From Sphyrna mokarran (lineage: Eukaryota): DNA of 64,000 nucleotides. A program made the translations under genes and the position numbers. The notes under the pieces are model-generated. The model was not told the DNA's origin and did no database searches. It saw only the letters and a list, made by a program, of their open reading frames with translations. Shown here piece by piece: positions 1 through 11,640 of the stretch (within the stretch, counting starts at the first letter, position 1; each line of letters begins with the position of its first letter). The stretch spans positions 35,092,001 through 35,156,000 of the forward strand of contig JAGIQG010000008.1 in NCBI GenBank assembly GCA_024679065.1. Reading direction: 5' to 3'.

Positions 1-294
1 GATTTCTTTCTCCATCCAGCTATCTAACTAGCCCTGAAAGGCTCTCCTTTTATATCATAGTAGCTTTCTTCAAAAGTACACTTCATATATTAATAGATAA
101 TTAGTTAACCATATATCCATGGTAATATTTAACCAAGGTCAAGGAAGCTATTTTAGCATTAACAGGTGGCTTTCTCCAACCATTTCATTTCCTGTACTTT
201 GTATTCTGTATTAACTACACGGACAGATTTTGTATTAGAAATCATTCATGAAACATTATTATGAAATAAGGAACATCAGTTCAGTTACAATTTG

Positions 295-930
295 TGAATC
301 AAGATCCTGGGGCTTATCACTAACCAGAAACTGAACTGGACTGCCTATATAAATACAATGACTACCAGAGCAAGTCAAAAGCTAGGAATTCTTCAGTGAT
401 TACCTAACCCCCTGACTTCCCAAAGCTTGTTCACCATCTACAAGGCACAAGTCAGGAGTATAATGGAATACTCTCCACTTGTCTGGATGGGTGCAGCTCC
501 AACAACACACAAGAAGTTTGACATTATCCAGGACAAAGCAGCCTCCTTGATTGCTACCCCTTTCACAAACATTCAATCCCTCCACCACCAATACAGTGGC
601 AGCCACGTGTACCATTTACAAGATGCACTACAGGAACTGACCAAAGGTTCCAAACCCACAGCCAGTGGACAAGAGCAGCAGACACTGGAAACTCTACTAT
701 CTGGTGGTTCCCATCCAAGTCACTCACTATCCTGACTTGGGAATATATTGTCATTCCTTCATTGTCACTAGGTCAAATTCCTGGATTTCCCTCCCTAGCA
801 GCACCATGAGTATACCTACACCTCAGTATACAATAGCAGTACAAGACAGCAGCTCATCGTCACCTTTTGAAGGGCAATTAGGGATGCGTAATAAATGCTG
901 GCCTCGCCAGCAACATCCATATCTTGTAAT
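295..930 (+). mobile_element. Degenerate CR1/L2-group LINE, 3' portion (RT C-terminus plus 3' tail)
   Basis: ORF 427-735 reads YKAQVRSIMEYSPLVWMGAAPTTHKKFDIIQ, a typical non-LTR RT C-terminal region, with frameshifts. It ends in the tail gggcaattagggatgcgtaataaatgctggcc, which recurs at about 18410, 26760, 36910 and 55990. Confidence 0.75.
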
Positions 931-1744
931 GTATGTAATTAGAATGTAATTAGAAGTCTGGATTTTTATTTTACATTTTAAAATTAATACTATAAACTTG
1001 AATACTCTTTAAAAAATGTAGAGCTCGCAGTAACTGTGGAATCTTTCTAACTTTCTAACTTTCAATAAGCTATAGGACACCATAGGCTATTGAGATTTGG
1101 TGATAAGACTCACTGTGAACAATCTTATTAAGATTAGCAAAGAACCTATTGTCTTCCATGGATGTCCCTTTGAACCAAGCTGTTATCATTTAGAATATGC
1201 AATTAAGGACCAACTAAATAAACCTAACAAAGCTAGAACCAATCATTGTTAACAGTAGCCTGACCTGCCATGGTGTAATGTCCATCAAATGGATGAAAAT
1301 AGAGATCCTGTGGAGGTTCATTGCTGATCAATATATGAAGAATTTTGCGTACTAACTGCATGTCATTCTCCACAAGCAGATTCAAGATCTAGGCCAGAGA
1401 CATGAGAGAGAATGACTGCGACCAATATTTCAGTAGATTCTACAAGTAGCTAATGTTATAAATGTCCGTGTCTAAAGTTAGTAAGTATAACTTTTTTAAA
1501 ATAAACTCTCTAAAAATTACCCAAAGAGTTCTGATTTTTGCTTTAATTGGTTAAGTCTTGTATGAGCAATAATAAATTGAAGTGAGTTAATTCAAAACTG
1601 ATTTGCAAGCAGACTGAAGTTGATTTGAAAGAGCAATAGAAACTGTTATATTAAATCGTTACATCTCTACCATGTTTGTTACACCACTCACTAAAGTCAT
1701 AAATTAATCACTCAGAGCTGATATTGTTCCAGTCAGTCAATCCA

Positions 1745-1900
1745 CAGAATCATAGAAATGTTCAGCATGGAAGCCAGCCAACAAAGCAGCCATCCAACCT
1801 GATCCCATTTTCCAGCTCTTGGTCCATTGCCTTATAGGTTTTGTTGCTTCAACTATTCATCCAATTACTTTTTAATTCCTTACATATGGATTTTTTTGAA
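1745..1900 (-). mobile_element. CR1 LINE 3' end fragment
   Basis: Starts with agaatcatagaa (reverse complement of the ttctatg tail), followed by CR1 3'UTR-like sequence. Confidence 0.55.
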
Positions 1901-2627
1901 GCATCTGGTGCATGACATTGTTCATTTCCCTCTAGTTCATAGGCAGACTACTGATCCATTCATCCCATTATCCCTAGGGAATCTTGTTCCTCCATTACCA
2001 ATTACAGTCAGATAGTTCAATTTATTATTTCTTAACATTCCAAAATATCCAACAATAATATTTAGTAGGCATGAAGTTTTTTAATAAAAGTTTCAGCGCA
2101 CAGATAACATTTTTTGAATAATCTTTTCTGCCAAAGGATATATTAAAGTATCAAACCTAAGGATATTTGGACCAAAATCTTGATAGAAGCAGTACAATTC
2201 CCACAATTTTGGTATGATTTCACCATTCCTTTCCCATTAACACAGAATTTGTCCATTATAAAACTAAGTGGTGTACAGGTATTTGAATATTGCTAAGATA
2301 TCCTATAATTTTGAAAAGTTTTACTTGAGTGGGTTTAATTAATAACTAAAAAAGTTGTAGTTCACCAATGACATTTGTGCATTTTATCATTTTGCATCTT
2401 TCACATCCACTTAATTTGTGGTTTATGAAGAATACAGTGAGTGTAGAAAGTACAAGAGGTAGTTTTGCTTCTGTGTGTAGTTTTAATCTATTGATTTGAT
2501 ATTGAACAATGTAAATAAATTTAGTGAAAAAAATTGTGCTTGATTATAATGAATCTAGTGTGAGATCAGCTTAGTAACAAACAAGACTGACTGTGTTGCC
2601 AGACCTTATTGATAAGTTAGTTGCTTG

Positions 2628-2633
2628 TTTATT
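2628..2633 (-). promoter_or_regulatory. Candidate polyadenylation signal for the 579-aa ORF
   Basis: tttatt on the plus strand equals AATAAA on the minus strand, about 70 nt after the stop codon. Confidence 0.4.
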
Positions 2634-2705
2634 GCTTTGGCTTCTTGCTGCTCCATATATCTGGTCTTCGACAGAGTTTTGCATTAAGGTCAGATAATAT
2701 TTCCT

Positions 2706-4445
2706 CTAAACGTCCTCAATGTCATTATCACTGAGTGTATGATCTTGTTTCAGGGCATTAGACCTTTCTTCAGCTGCTTTGTATGACTTTCCATACAAAG
2801 AACAAGATGTTTTAAGTTGGACTTTCTGGCCATCTTGTGTTGAAGAATTACTATTTTCACTATTCAAATTCTTTTCCAATCTGTGTGCAAACCAGTTCTT
2901 TACAGCTGGGGTGACTCTGGCTTTTTGGAGCCATTTTGGATTTTGAGTTAACCCAGCACACTCAGGTACTAATGCACTATTAGCTAACCTATCAGACTCT
3001 TCCCCTGAATTGACTCTTGTTTTGATGTCCATTTTATTTTGCATTTGTTTGTTTGCCAGTTCTGGGACAATATTTTGAAGATCCTTCTCCAGTTCTGGCT
3101 CTTGTTCCTTCAATTTTGCTTGGATCTTCTTGGGTTCCTTTGACTTTTTTGCAAGCCATTTGTTGAATGGCAATCTATGTATGAGGTACGTCCCTCTTCT
3201 GCAATTGCCAACGTTCAGTTCTTTGGTCAGAGATGTGTTATCCAAACTTGGTGTATCTCCTTTTGTAACTTTGAAAGATGTTGATTTTTCTTTAACGTGT
3301 TGATGCGTTAATTTAATCTTTTGCACTTTCTTGCTGTTTGATTTCTGGGACTCTCGGCCATTATGTGAGTCTTGAACCAGTGATGCCTCCACCATACTTG
3401 AATTCATCACTTGATCTTTAGGTAAAACAAAAGATGGTTTTGAAGTCTCGGATTTGGATTTCCGTAGAATAAGCACTCTTTTCTTGTTCATCTCCAACTT
3501 TTCTTCAGTTATTTGTTTTTTAGTCTTTAAGATATTAGCTGGGCTTTGACTAACAGCTTTTCTGACTGAGTTTACTGCCAGACATGATGTCTTTGTATTT
3601 TGTGCATTTGCATCTGCACTATATGGAATTATACAATCATTAAGTTTTACGTTCTTCTGTGAGTTGTTACCGAATTTTTTCTCCATCCATATTTTAACCT
3701 TTTCTTCAGACTCTCTTTGCCTCTTTTGATGATCAATTGTTTGCCTTTTGCATTTTGCTCTTTCCAAGCACTTTTGCTTCCTCTTTACTTCTCTCTCTCT
3801 TTTCAGTGACACATTTTTTTGATGGATCCACTTCTTCACAACTTTATTGTTTGAGTTTTCCAGATGACTGTCAATTGGGACAAAAATTTTCTTTAGCAGA
3901 ACATTTTCACTCTGCTGTTTATTTTGTGCTCGCATTTTCATTTTCCATTTTTGAATGTGCTGAATGGACACATTTACAGCTGGGACTCGACTGGAATAGA
4001 GAATTCGTAGACCGAATGGCTTCATCACCGCAATGATAAATCTGGGCTTTTCAAACATCTTTTCATTACTTTGCAATGTTTTACTTTTGTTTGTTATGTG
4101 TTTATTTCCCCTTTTAACCACACTAATTTTAATTGGAAATTGTGGATATTGAGAATACCGGTTTTCAGCTTCTTCAATGTCTTCGTTCTTCCCACATTGG
4201 AATACTTCAAAATGATCAATACCAATTGCTTTGGAAAATCCTTTTGGGTTTAAGGAAGTCAAATTATTCTTCTCAAATCTATGAGGCTTCTTCCGTGATG
4301 TTCGTTTAGGCAATTGTCTTGGTTCTTTCAGCACATCAGCCGGCCTCATTTCTTCAGTATTGATGAGTAACTTTTCTGTTCTTTTCCTAATGGCATTCTC
4401 CTCCACTTTCATTCTACTTTTATTCCCATTTTTTGTCTTTGCCAT
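2706..4445 (-). CDS. Uncharacterised 579-aa Lys-rich protein with predicted coiled-coil segments; single coding exon
   Basis: Uninterrupted 1740-nt ORF in AT-rich DNA. Strong Kozak context AAAATGG, with an in-frame TAA five codons upstream. AATAAA on the minus strand at 2628-2633. No RT, transposase or gag motifs. Repeated W-x-x-(x)-K motifs: KKWIHQK, KIWMEKK, NKWLAKK. Confidence 0.8.
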   Translation of the reverse strand: MAKTKNGNKSRMKVEENAIRKRTEKLLINTEEMRPADVLKEPRQLPKRTSRKKPHRFEKNNLTSLNPKGFSKAIGIDHFEVFQCGKNEDIEEAENRYSQYPQFPIKISVVKRGNKHITNKSKTLQSNEKMFEKPRFIIAVMKPFGLRILYSSRVPAVNVSIQHIQKWKMKMRAQNKQQSENVLLKKIFVPIDSHLENSNNKVVKKWIHQKNVSLKREREVKRKQKCLERAKCKRQTIDHQKRQRESEEKVKIWMEKKFGNNSQKNVKLNDCIIPYSADANAQNTKTSCLAVNSVRKAVSQSPANILKTKKQITEEKLEMNKKRVLILRKSKSETSKPSFVLPKDQVMNSSMVEASLVQDSHNGRESQKSNSKKVQKIKLTHQHVKEKSTSFKVTKGDTPSLDNTSLTKELNVGNCRRGTYLIHRLPFNKWLAKKSKEPKKIQAKLKEQEPELEKDLQNIVPELANKQMQNKMDIKTRVNSGEESDRLANSALVPECAGLTQNPKWLQKARVTPAVKNWFAHRLEKNLNSENSNSSTQDGQKVQLKTSCSLYGKSYKAAEERSNALKQDHTLSDNDIEDV

Positions 4446-5105
4446 TTTTCTGGATAGTTAAAACTTTTTCCAGAAGAATTAACTCTTTAGACTATGTTCA
4501 AATACTCCTGGTGGTGTTCACATTTTGGTTTAACAGTAAGTTGACTCATGGAAAAATGTCTGTTTCTTGCTGGTTAATTAAGATCAACCATAAATTCATT
4601 TCTTGGTATTCAATCATCTAAGAGAAACTCAGTGTGATGAAACCTACGAATGAATCACAACAAAGAATTAAACCATTGGGAAATTTACATAATCACTTCA
4701 ATTAGCAATTGTTATATAATCTGATAATATGTTTCTGGTTTTATTACAATACAAGATATTGTGTTTTGGAATAAGTTCGCATTCTCATAATGTATTATCT
4801 GTTCAAAATGTTTTCAATCAATTAAAACTTGATTATTGTAATATACTAACTGTGTTCATTCATACATATCTCCAGGAAATCTACTGATTTATTTGCAGTG
4901 ATTACATCAAAACCTTCTTGGCTTCAGTGAGAATACGATAGCATATTTCCTATAATTGTTATCTGGTTTAATAAAAAGAGCAACTGAAGTAATAACATTA
5001 CCCCATCAGCTATCGAGTATGCTTTATATTTAAAAATACTATAAATGATAGAAGTATAAAATAAAAACAGAAAATATAGAAATGCATAGCAGTTAAAGAA
5101 CATTT

Positions 5106-5435
5106 GGGTGGCACGGTGGCACAATGGTTAGCGCTACTGCCTCACAGCACCAGGGACCAGGCTTGAATTCCGGCCTCAGATCACTGACTGTGTGAAATTT
5201 GCGCGTTCTCCCTCCATCTTCATAGGTTTCCTCTGGGTGCTCCAGTTTCTTCCCACATTTCAAAGATATGCAGGTTAGGTTGATTGGCCACAATAAAATT
5301 GGCCCTGGTGTCAGGGGGATTACTAGAGTAAATAAGTGGGGTTATGGGAACAGTGCATGGGAGGGATTGCGGTTAGTGCAGATGCGACGGGCTGAGTCGC
5401 CTCTTTTTGAACTGTAGGATTCTATGATTCGATTC
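5106..5435 (+). mobile_element. HE1-type V-SINE, near full length
   Basis: tRNA-like head ggcacggtggcacaatggttagc, V-domain ggtttcctctgggtgctccagtttcttcccaca, and CR1-derived tail ending gattctatgattc. Confidence 0.85.
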
Positions 5436-5534
5436 AATGAACATTTTGAAAAGAAAATGATCTCTTGATGGACATCTTAGCAACATTACTAACGTTTATC
5501 ATCACTACTTTCATTCCCTTTGTCTTTTTGTCTA

Positions 5535-6335
5535 TGAATCATAGAATCATACAGTGCAGAAGAGGCCCTTTGGCCCATTGTGTCCACACCAATTCGTTAC
5601 AAACACCTACCTAATACCATCTGTCAGCACTTGGCCCATAGTCCTGAATGTTATGATGTGCCAAATGCTCATCCAGATACTTATTAAAGGTTGTGAGACA
5701 GCCCGCCTCTACCATCCTACTAGGCAGTGCATTCCAACACTATCCTCTGGGTGAAAATGTTTTCAGTCACATCCATTCTGCCTCTCACCTTGAACCTATA
5801 TCCTTTGTGACTGACTCTTCAACTAAGCTGCTCACTATCCACTCTGTCCGTATCCCTCATAATCTCAGTCACCTCGATCAGGTCACACCTAGTCTTCTCT
5901 GCTCTAATGAAGACAACCCAAGCCTATACAGCCTCTTTTCATAACTTAAATGTTCAATCCCAGGCAGCATCTTGGTGGATCTCCTCTACACTCCCTCCAG
6001 TGCGATCACATCCTTCTGATAATGTGGTGACCAGAACTGTACATTGTACTCCAGCTGTGTTATATGCAACTCCAAAATGATTTCTCTGCTTTTGTAATCC
6101 ATGCCTCAATTGATAAAGGCAAGTGTCCCAAATGCCTTTTTCACCACTCTACTAACATGCCTTTCTGGTTTCAGAGATCTGTGGACAAACATACCAAGGT
6201 CCCTTTATTCCACAAAACTTCCTAGTATCCTACCATTCATTGAGTACTTTCTTGTCCCATTACTTTTTCCAAGTATATCATCTCACATTTTTCAGAGTTG
6301 AATTCCATCCGCCACTTATCTGTCTATTTGACCAA
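5535..6335 (-). mobile_element. CR1 LINE 3' fragment (degenerate)
   Basis: gaatcatagaatcata tail, then sequence homologous to the young CR1 RT C-terminus at 57720-58500. Confidence 0.8.
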
Positions 6336-6339
6336 TCAC

Positions 6340-6620
6340 AAGATACTCCCTCTGCCTGTAACCACATGTTCACCCATTCAATTTCTGTGTCATTTATGCC
6401 ATCCCTATCAATTACAGTCAACCATACCACCACCCCCATCCCTCACTCGCACAGTCTCAATCTCGTCCTATTTTCCTTGTGTTCAGCTCTAATGAACGGT
6501 CATCCTAACTCAAAACGTTAGCTCTATTCTCTTTCCACCGATGCTGTCAGACCTGATGAGGTTTTCCAGCACTTTCAGTTTCTTTTCAGATTCTAGCATT
6601 CACAGTATTTTGTCTTCCTC
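6340..6620 (+). mobile_element. Penelope-like element terminal repeat with decayed hammerhead core
   Basis: ctaatgaacggtcatcctaactcaaaacgttag (decayed CTGATGA...GAAAC), followed by gatgctgtcagacctgatgag. Related ends occur at about 10200, 39660-39750 and 50900. Confidence 0.6.
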
Positions 6621-8161
6621 TGGACTGTTTTCAATTACCTTCAGCAAAACCCTTAACGGTGATCCACTTAAACTGTTCAATACTCCATTTATGGAAATGG
6701 GGTCAGGGCCCCCAAGATTGGTTTGGACCTTCTCTCAAAATGTTGAAAGAAGGTCCACATTTTCTATACACACTTGTTGAAGATTCTACAAAAAGCCTAG
6801 TGAAAATTTACACTTGAGTTTTACCGAACCTGGTGGGAAAGCAAGTAATGCAACATCCAGGTGAAACAAACCAATTTAATTTGAGTTCAATTCAATTCAA
6901 ATTGACTATTTATACATGTACAAAGTACTTAGAAGAAAAGAGAGAACAAGGGTATTGGGCAGAGTATGACATTTGTTTCTCCCATACTGATTCACCAATC
7001 TCAGTTTGTTGGATAATGATAATGTTGGCCAGGAGTCCATGGCCCTGGAAGCACCACAGTGAATCTTCCATCAGACAGTTGGCCTAAATGGAAGTTTGAT
7101 GGGTGGAAGCCTAGAAACAGACTGGTGGAGGTTTGGAAGGGAGTCAGGATCAGATGGCACATGATGTACAATAGCTAGGAAGTGGAATATAAGGGAAATT
7201 TTCAAAAGAGAAGCAGCGATACTTAACAACAATAAAAATGATTCCCTGGAAATTAAGTCTGAAAATATCAAAAAACTAAGGCAAACGCCTCCTAATCTAT
7301 GATACATTTAATTGCAATTATAGAAATATCCGTAAGTTAATTCTTCGCCGTTGCTGATTACAAAGAAGCCCTAAAAATAACTTGAATTGAAAGAAAATTA
7401 GTTGTAGTGAATGTTTGTCATTGCAGTGCAATATAAAACTGTAAAAGGAAGTGGCTGCTTGGAGCATTACTATCTAAACATTAATAGTGTCTGAATAGTT
7501 TTCCCACTGTTCAAAAGCCATAAGCTACTTAATACTGCAATGTAGTTGAATAGTTTTTAAGGGTTACTGATAAGTCTGAGAGTAACTTACTGAATTATTC
7601 CAAAGACCCTTCCTCTTCTGTTTATTGCAGTGCTTCCTGCGCAACTACAGTAAAAGATCTGAAGTTTTATTTCCGCATTCTTTCACAAATCTAATTTGGC
7701 TTTAAAGTTTAAACACTGTTGATCATAGGTGGCTTTAAGCTGTTGCTACACTGTGCGTAAGCAATTAACTGATTGCCATGGAGGCAAGAGTTGTTTACCA
7801 AGTTTTCTGAAAAGATTAAAATCTCCATTAAAAGAATGTTTTTAGTAAAACTTTGTTTCATTGTGCTATTTGCACATGCCATTATTATTACAAAAAGTTA
7901 ACTTTCCTCGCAAAAAACATTAAAATAAATCATACCTGCTCTTTTGGCCTGATTACCCTAAGCTTTTGTTTTAACATGTTCCATATAACAGAATCTTTTT
8001 AGAACACAGTGGGAGTGACTGCAATTATGTCCGCAAAGCTGTCAGGTATTCTGCATTCCCAAAGTCCCATAAAAATTGGAGATTAAATGATCAATCTGTT
8101 TTTACGTAGGACCAGTTCAAATAAAAATATTGACTTGGATGGCTGACATTTCTCAATCAGT

Positions 8162-8520
8162 AAGAATTTAGCAACACCAATTTATAATCCAACCGATTTA
8201 TTTGATAGTAAAAAAGCGAGCTTTCAACTCTTGTGTCTTCTTCAGGCAAATGCAGTGTTCTGGTCTGCAATAGCACACATCAGCACAGACAGTCAGAGAT
8301 TGCTGATTAGAATGCGAATCCTTACATCTAACCTGCTATTGAAGTGTTAAAGTGGCGAACAATGTGTGTGAAGGGAATCCTGAGCATTGTTGGAGAATTG
8401 TGTGTTTTCTCCAGACAGCACAGTAAGTGAGGTTTTTTGCTAACCCAGGCAAGTTACGGGGGTTACAGATAGTGTGTCATGAAGCCAAGATCCCTGTTAA
8501 GATCCCTGTTGAGATCCCTG
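8162..8520 (-). mobile_element. Short Penelope-derived non-coding element with hammerhead core and 12-bp TSD
   Basis: Homologous to 12977-13310 and 28583-28866. Flanked by the direct repeat ttctcaatcagt (8150-8161 and 8521-8532). The minus strand has CTGAAGA-A-GAC-ACAAGA-GTT-GAAA at 8245-8222. Confidence 0.75.
8206..8250 (-). ncRNA. Candidate minimal hammerhead ribozyme
   Basis: Core CUGAAGA and GAAA are intact, with a 3-bp stem II (GAC/GUU). Stems I and III could not be confidently resolved by eye. Confidence 0.5.
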
Positions 8521-9243
8521 TTCTCAATCAGTGCATGAGACTTTAGGAGTTTTTAAACACCCAGCTGAACTATTGTAACAAGTAGAGATGATCTTGCATT
8601 TATATCTCATTCCAAAGTTGTAACATGCAACAAGCACAATCCACCATTCCTTCCATATAGCACTACAGGATCAACTGAGGTTACGCATTCATCTCTTGGC
8701 GTGGACCTTCATTGCAAAATTTGTTGGCCAGTAGGCAAAAAAGGTGATTAGCCCAACCAAGTCAATCCCTTACAAAGGCAAGATATTTCAGATGCTGGAA
8801 ATTTGAAATAAAGTAGGAAGACTGCCGATGGTCTTGTGAGGTGACCTCAACCCCCTCTGACCCCAAAAGGCCTGGCTTTGGATTGCACCTCAAAATGGAC
8901 TGGCTGGCTGACAGGCAACAGCAGCAATACTGGCAGAATGGCATCAGCGAAGCATGAATGCTTCATCCTGAGAGAGGAAAGAAGGTTCCACTATCATTCC
9001 CTCAGGTTGAGATCTGTCACTTTAACAGATTGTCAGATTGCTATGACACCCTACAAGCTCTTTTAAACAATAATATTTGTGATGACAACTGAACTTTGTA
9101 GGACATCAAGCTAACTTAGCATAACTTCGGTTTAAGTTTCCACTATAGCACTAAAACTTTTGGGGGTATTTGCTTGTGCTGCAACAGAAGGTGAAGCATC
9201 GAGCATTATAGTTGAGTCTACAGGTGTGGTGTTGGCAGAGATT

Positions 9244-10050
9244 AGGATCTAAAAGAGTTGAATTCAATGTTGAGCCCAGAAGATTGCGTAGTGCAAGGTT
9301 GAAAGATGAGGTGTTGTTCTTCGAGTTTGCATCTAACTTCATTGGATGCAGTAGCAAGTCAAAGACAGAAAAGTTAAGTGGAAGGAAAGTGAAAACTGAA
9401 ATGACAAGAGACAGGAAGCTCAAGATCACACACGCAGACTGAATGGAAACATTTCACAAAGTGATCACCCAATCTGCGTAAGGCCTCCCAATGATCACCT
9501 CATGAGCAGCGAAAACAGCATATTAAATAGAAAGAAGAACAAGTAAATTGCTATCCTATTTGAAAGAAACATTTTTGCCATGGGTGGTGAGAACAAGGGA
9601 GATAAAAGGGGCAGGTGCTGCACCTCTTCTGTTTACATGGAAAGGTGCCCCAGGAAAGATATGAGAGTGGACCAAGATGTCAGAGGCAATGTGCTCTTCA
9701 GAATGCTAATAGGAGGGCAGGGAGAAGTGCTGTTGGTGGTAGCATTGCCCTGGAGCTGGCAGAGATGGCAGAGAATGATCAGTTGAATATGGCAGCTGGG
9801 TGGAAGATGAGGATAAGGGGAAGCTTATCCTGACTCTGGGAGGGAGATCAACAATAGAAGAGTGTGAAAGGAAGGCTCTGTTGACTACACTGGAAATGAT
9901 TCCTCAACTGATGAAAAAGGAAGACATAGTAGGAGCGCTGGTGTGGAAGATTGCATTATCCCAACAGATGAAACAGAGTTGGAGAAACTGGGAGAATGGG
10001 AAGAGTTCTTATAGTAAGTGGGGTATGAAGAAGTATAGCCCAGTCTTGCG
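9244..10050 (-). mobile_element. Penelope-like retroelement remnant (GIY-YIG endonuclease C-terminus)
   Basis: Minus-strand translation gives RRLGDHFVKCFHSVC and NEVRCKLEEQHLIFQPCTTQSSGLNIEFNSFRS*, matching the recalled PLE C-terminus KLEEQHLIFRLGTLQPxGLN. Confidence 0.8.
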
Positions 10051-10054
10051 TGGA

Positions 10055-10232
10055 CAAATCTTTTGTTTCTTACCACTTATATTGCACCATGAAAACATTT
10101 GTTAGTTAACCTCTCTTTTATTCCACACTATCACAGACATTCCTTCCTCCCCACCCCACCACTTCCTGGCCTCCAAAATCTATTGATTTCTATCTTTCCT
10201 CAGTCTGATGAAGAGCCAACAACCTGAAACAT
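10055..10232 (+). mobile_element. Penelope terminal repeat, inverted relative to the adjacent ORF remnant, with hammerhead core
   Basis: CTGATGA (10205-10211) and GAAAC (10226-10230) follow a pyrimidine-rich stretch. Confidence 0.6.
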
Positions 10233-10694
10233 GGGCAGAATTTTATGGGGTGCACTGCTGATGGAAGGTCCGCTGAGGAGGACCATATTCAGCCTTGAAG
10301 ACAAACATAGGAGAATCTGTCAGAACTGCCTGAAGCATTGATAAGACATGTGTGGACAAAAAAGGAGTGCATTCAGGCACTGTTGTATCTAGGATGGACA
10401 TGCATTGCTTCTTCCATGGAGCGGTTAGCAACAATCACAGGGAGGCAGATTCAAGAGACCATTCAATAGATGTTGGGGTAGAATCTTCTCTAAATTTGTC
10501 AGAGCATCCGTTTCATTTTGAAAACCAATGTTTACCTCGGTGCATGGAGAATCTGGTGGCATGGTTTGTGCCAGAAGTGCTGACAAGGCAATTCCACACA
10601 GATTAGGGTGCCATCTTTAAAAGTTCTACTCTGTACAACTTCCTCTCATGCACATGGAAGACCCGCTCCCCAAAAACATCATGGTAGTGCCCAG

Positions 10695-11640
10695 CAAAAT
10701 TATATACCAGTGATAAGGAAGGACTGTAGAAAAAGAGATAATCAGCCATGGCTATCTAAGACAATAAAGGAGAGCATCAAATTGAAAGAAAATGCATACA
10801 AAGTGGCAATGATTAGTGGGAAACTAAGGATTGGGAAATCTTTAGAGGTCAACAGAAAGCCACAAAAAAATCTATAAAGGAAAGTAAAGTGGATTATGAG
10901 AGTAAACTAGTTCAGAATATAAAAACAGATAGCAAAAGTTTCTACAAATACATAAAATAAAAAAGTGAATAAAGCAAACTTTGGAGGAAGAGAGAGAAGA
11001 TTTAATAACTGGAAATGAGAAAATGGCTGAGGTATTTTGTGCCGATCTTCACAGTGGAAGACACAAATAACATGCCAAAAATTGATAACAGGAAAGCTAT
11101 GGCAGGTGAAGACCTAGAAATTAACATTATCATGAAAGAAGTAGTATTGAGCAAGCTAATGGGGCTAACGTTAGACCAGTCTCCTGGCCCTGATGGAATG
11201 CATCCCAGGGTACTAAAAGAGATGGCGGGAAAAATAGCTAATGCACTAGTGGTAATTTATCAAAATTCACTGAACTCTGGGTGATTTCTGCAGATTGGAA
11301 AATAGCAAATGTGACGCCATTGGTTAAAAAAGGAGATAGACAAAAAAATGGGTAACTATAGGCCGGTTGGCATAACTTCTGTAATAGGGAAAGTACTTGA
11401 ATCTATCATCAAGAAAGAAATAGTGAGACATCTAGATATAAATTGCCCCATTGGTACGATGCAACATGGGTTCACAAAAGGCAGGTCATGTCTGACTAAT
11501 TTGGTGGAATTCTTTGAAAACGTGTGCAGTGGACAATGGGGAACCTGTAGATGTGGTACACCTGGACTTCCAGAAGGCATTTGACAAGATGCCACACCAA
11601 AAACTGCTGTGTAAGATAAAGGTATACGGGTGTTACAGCT
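10695..11640 (+). mobile_element. CR1 LINE ORF2 internal fragment
   Basis: QSPGPDGMHPRVLKE, GNYRPVGITSVIGKVLE and QHGFTKGRSCLTNLVEFFE; frameshifted. Confidence 0.9.

Larger units (their letters stand above)
4644..7935 (-). other. Putative 5'UTR intron of the 579-aa gene
   Basis: Minus-strand acceptor ttctttgttgtgattcattcgtag|G with AG at 4645-4644, and consensus donor AGCAG|GTATGA with GT at 7935-7934. Pairing of the two sites is inferred. Confidence 0.4.

Noticed and set aside
3737-4253. Plus-strand ORFs within the 579-aa gene
   Set aside because: Antisense shadows rich in Phe and Leu, caused by the Lys-rich sense strand.
5106-5185. tRNA gene
   Set aside because: A SINE head only, with no complete cloverleaf; likewise at 42681 and 50948.
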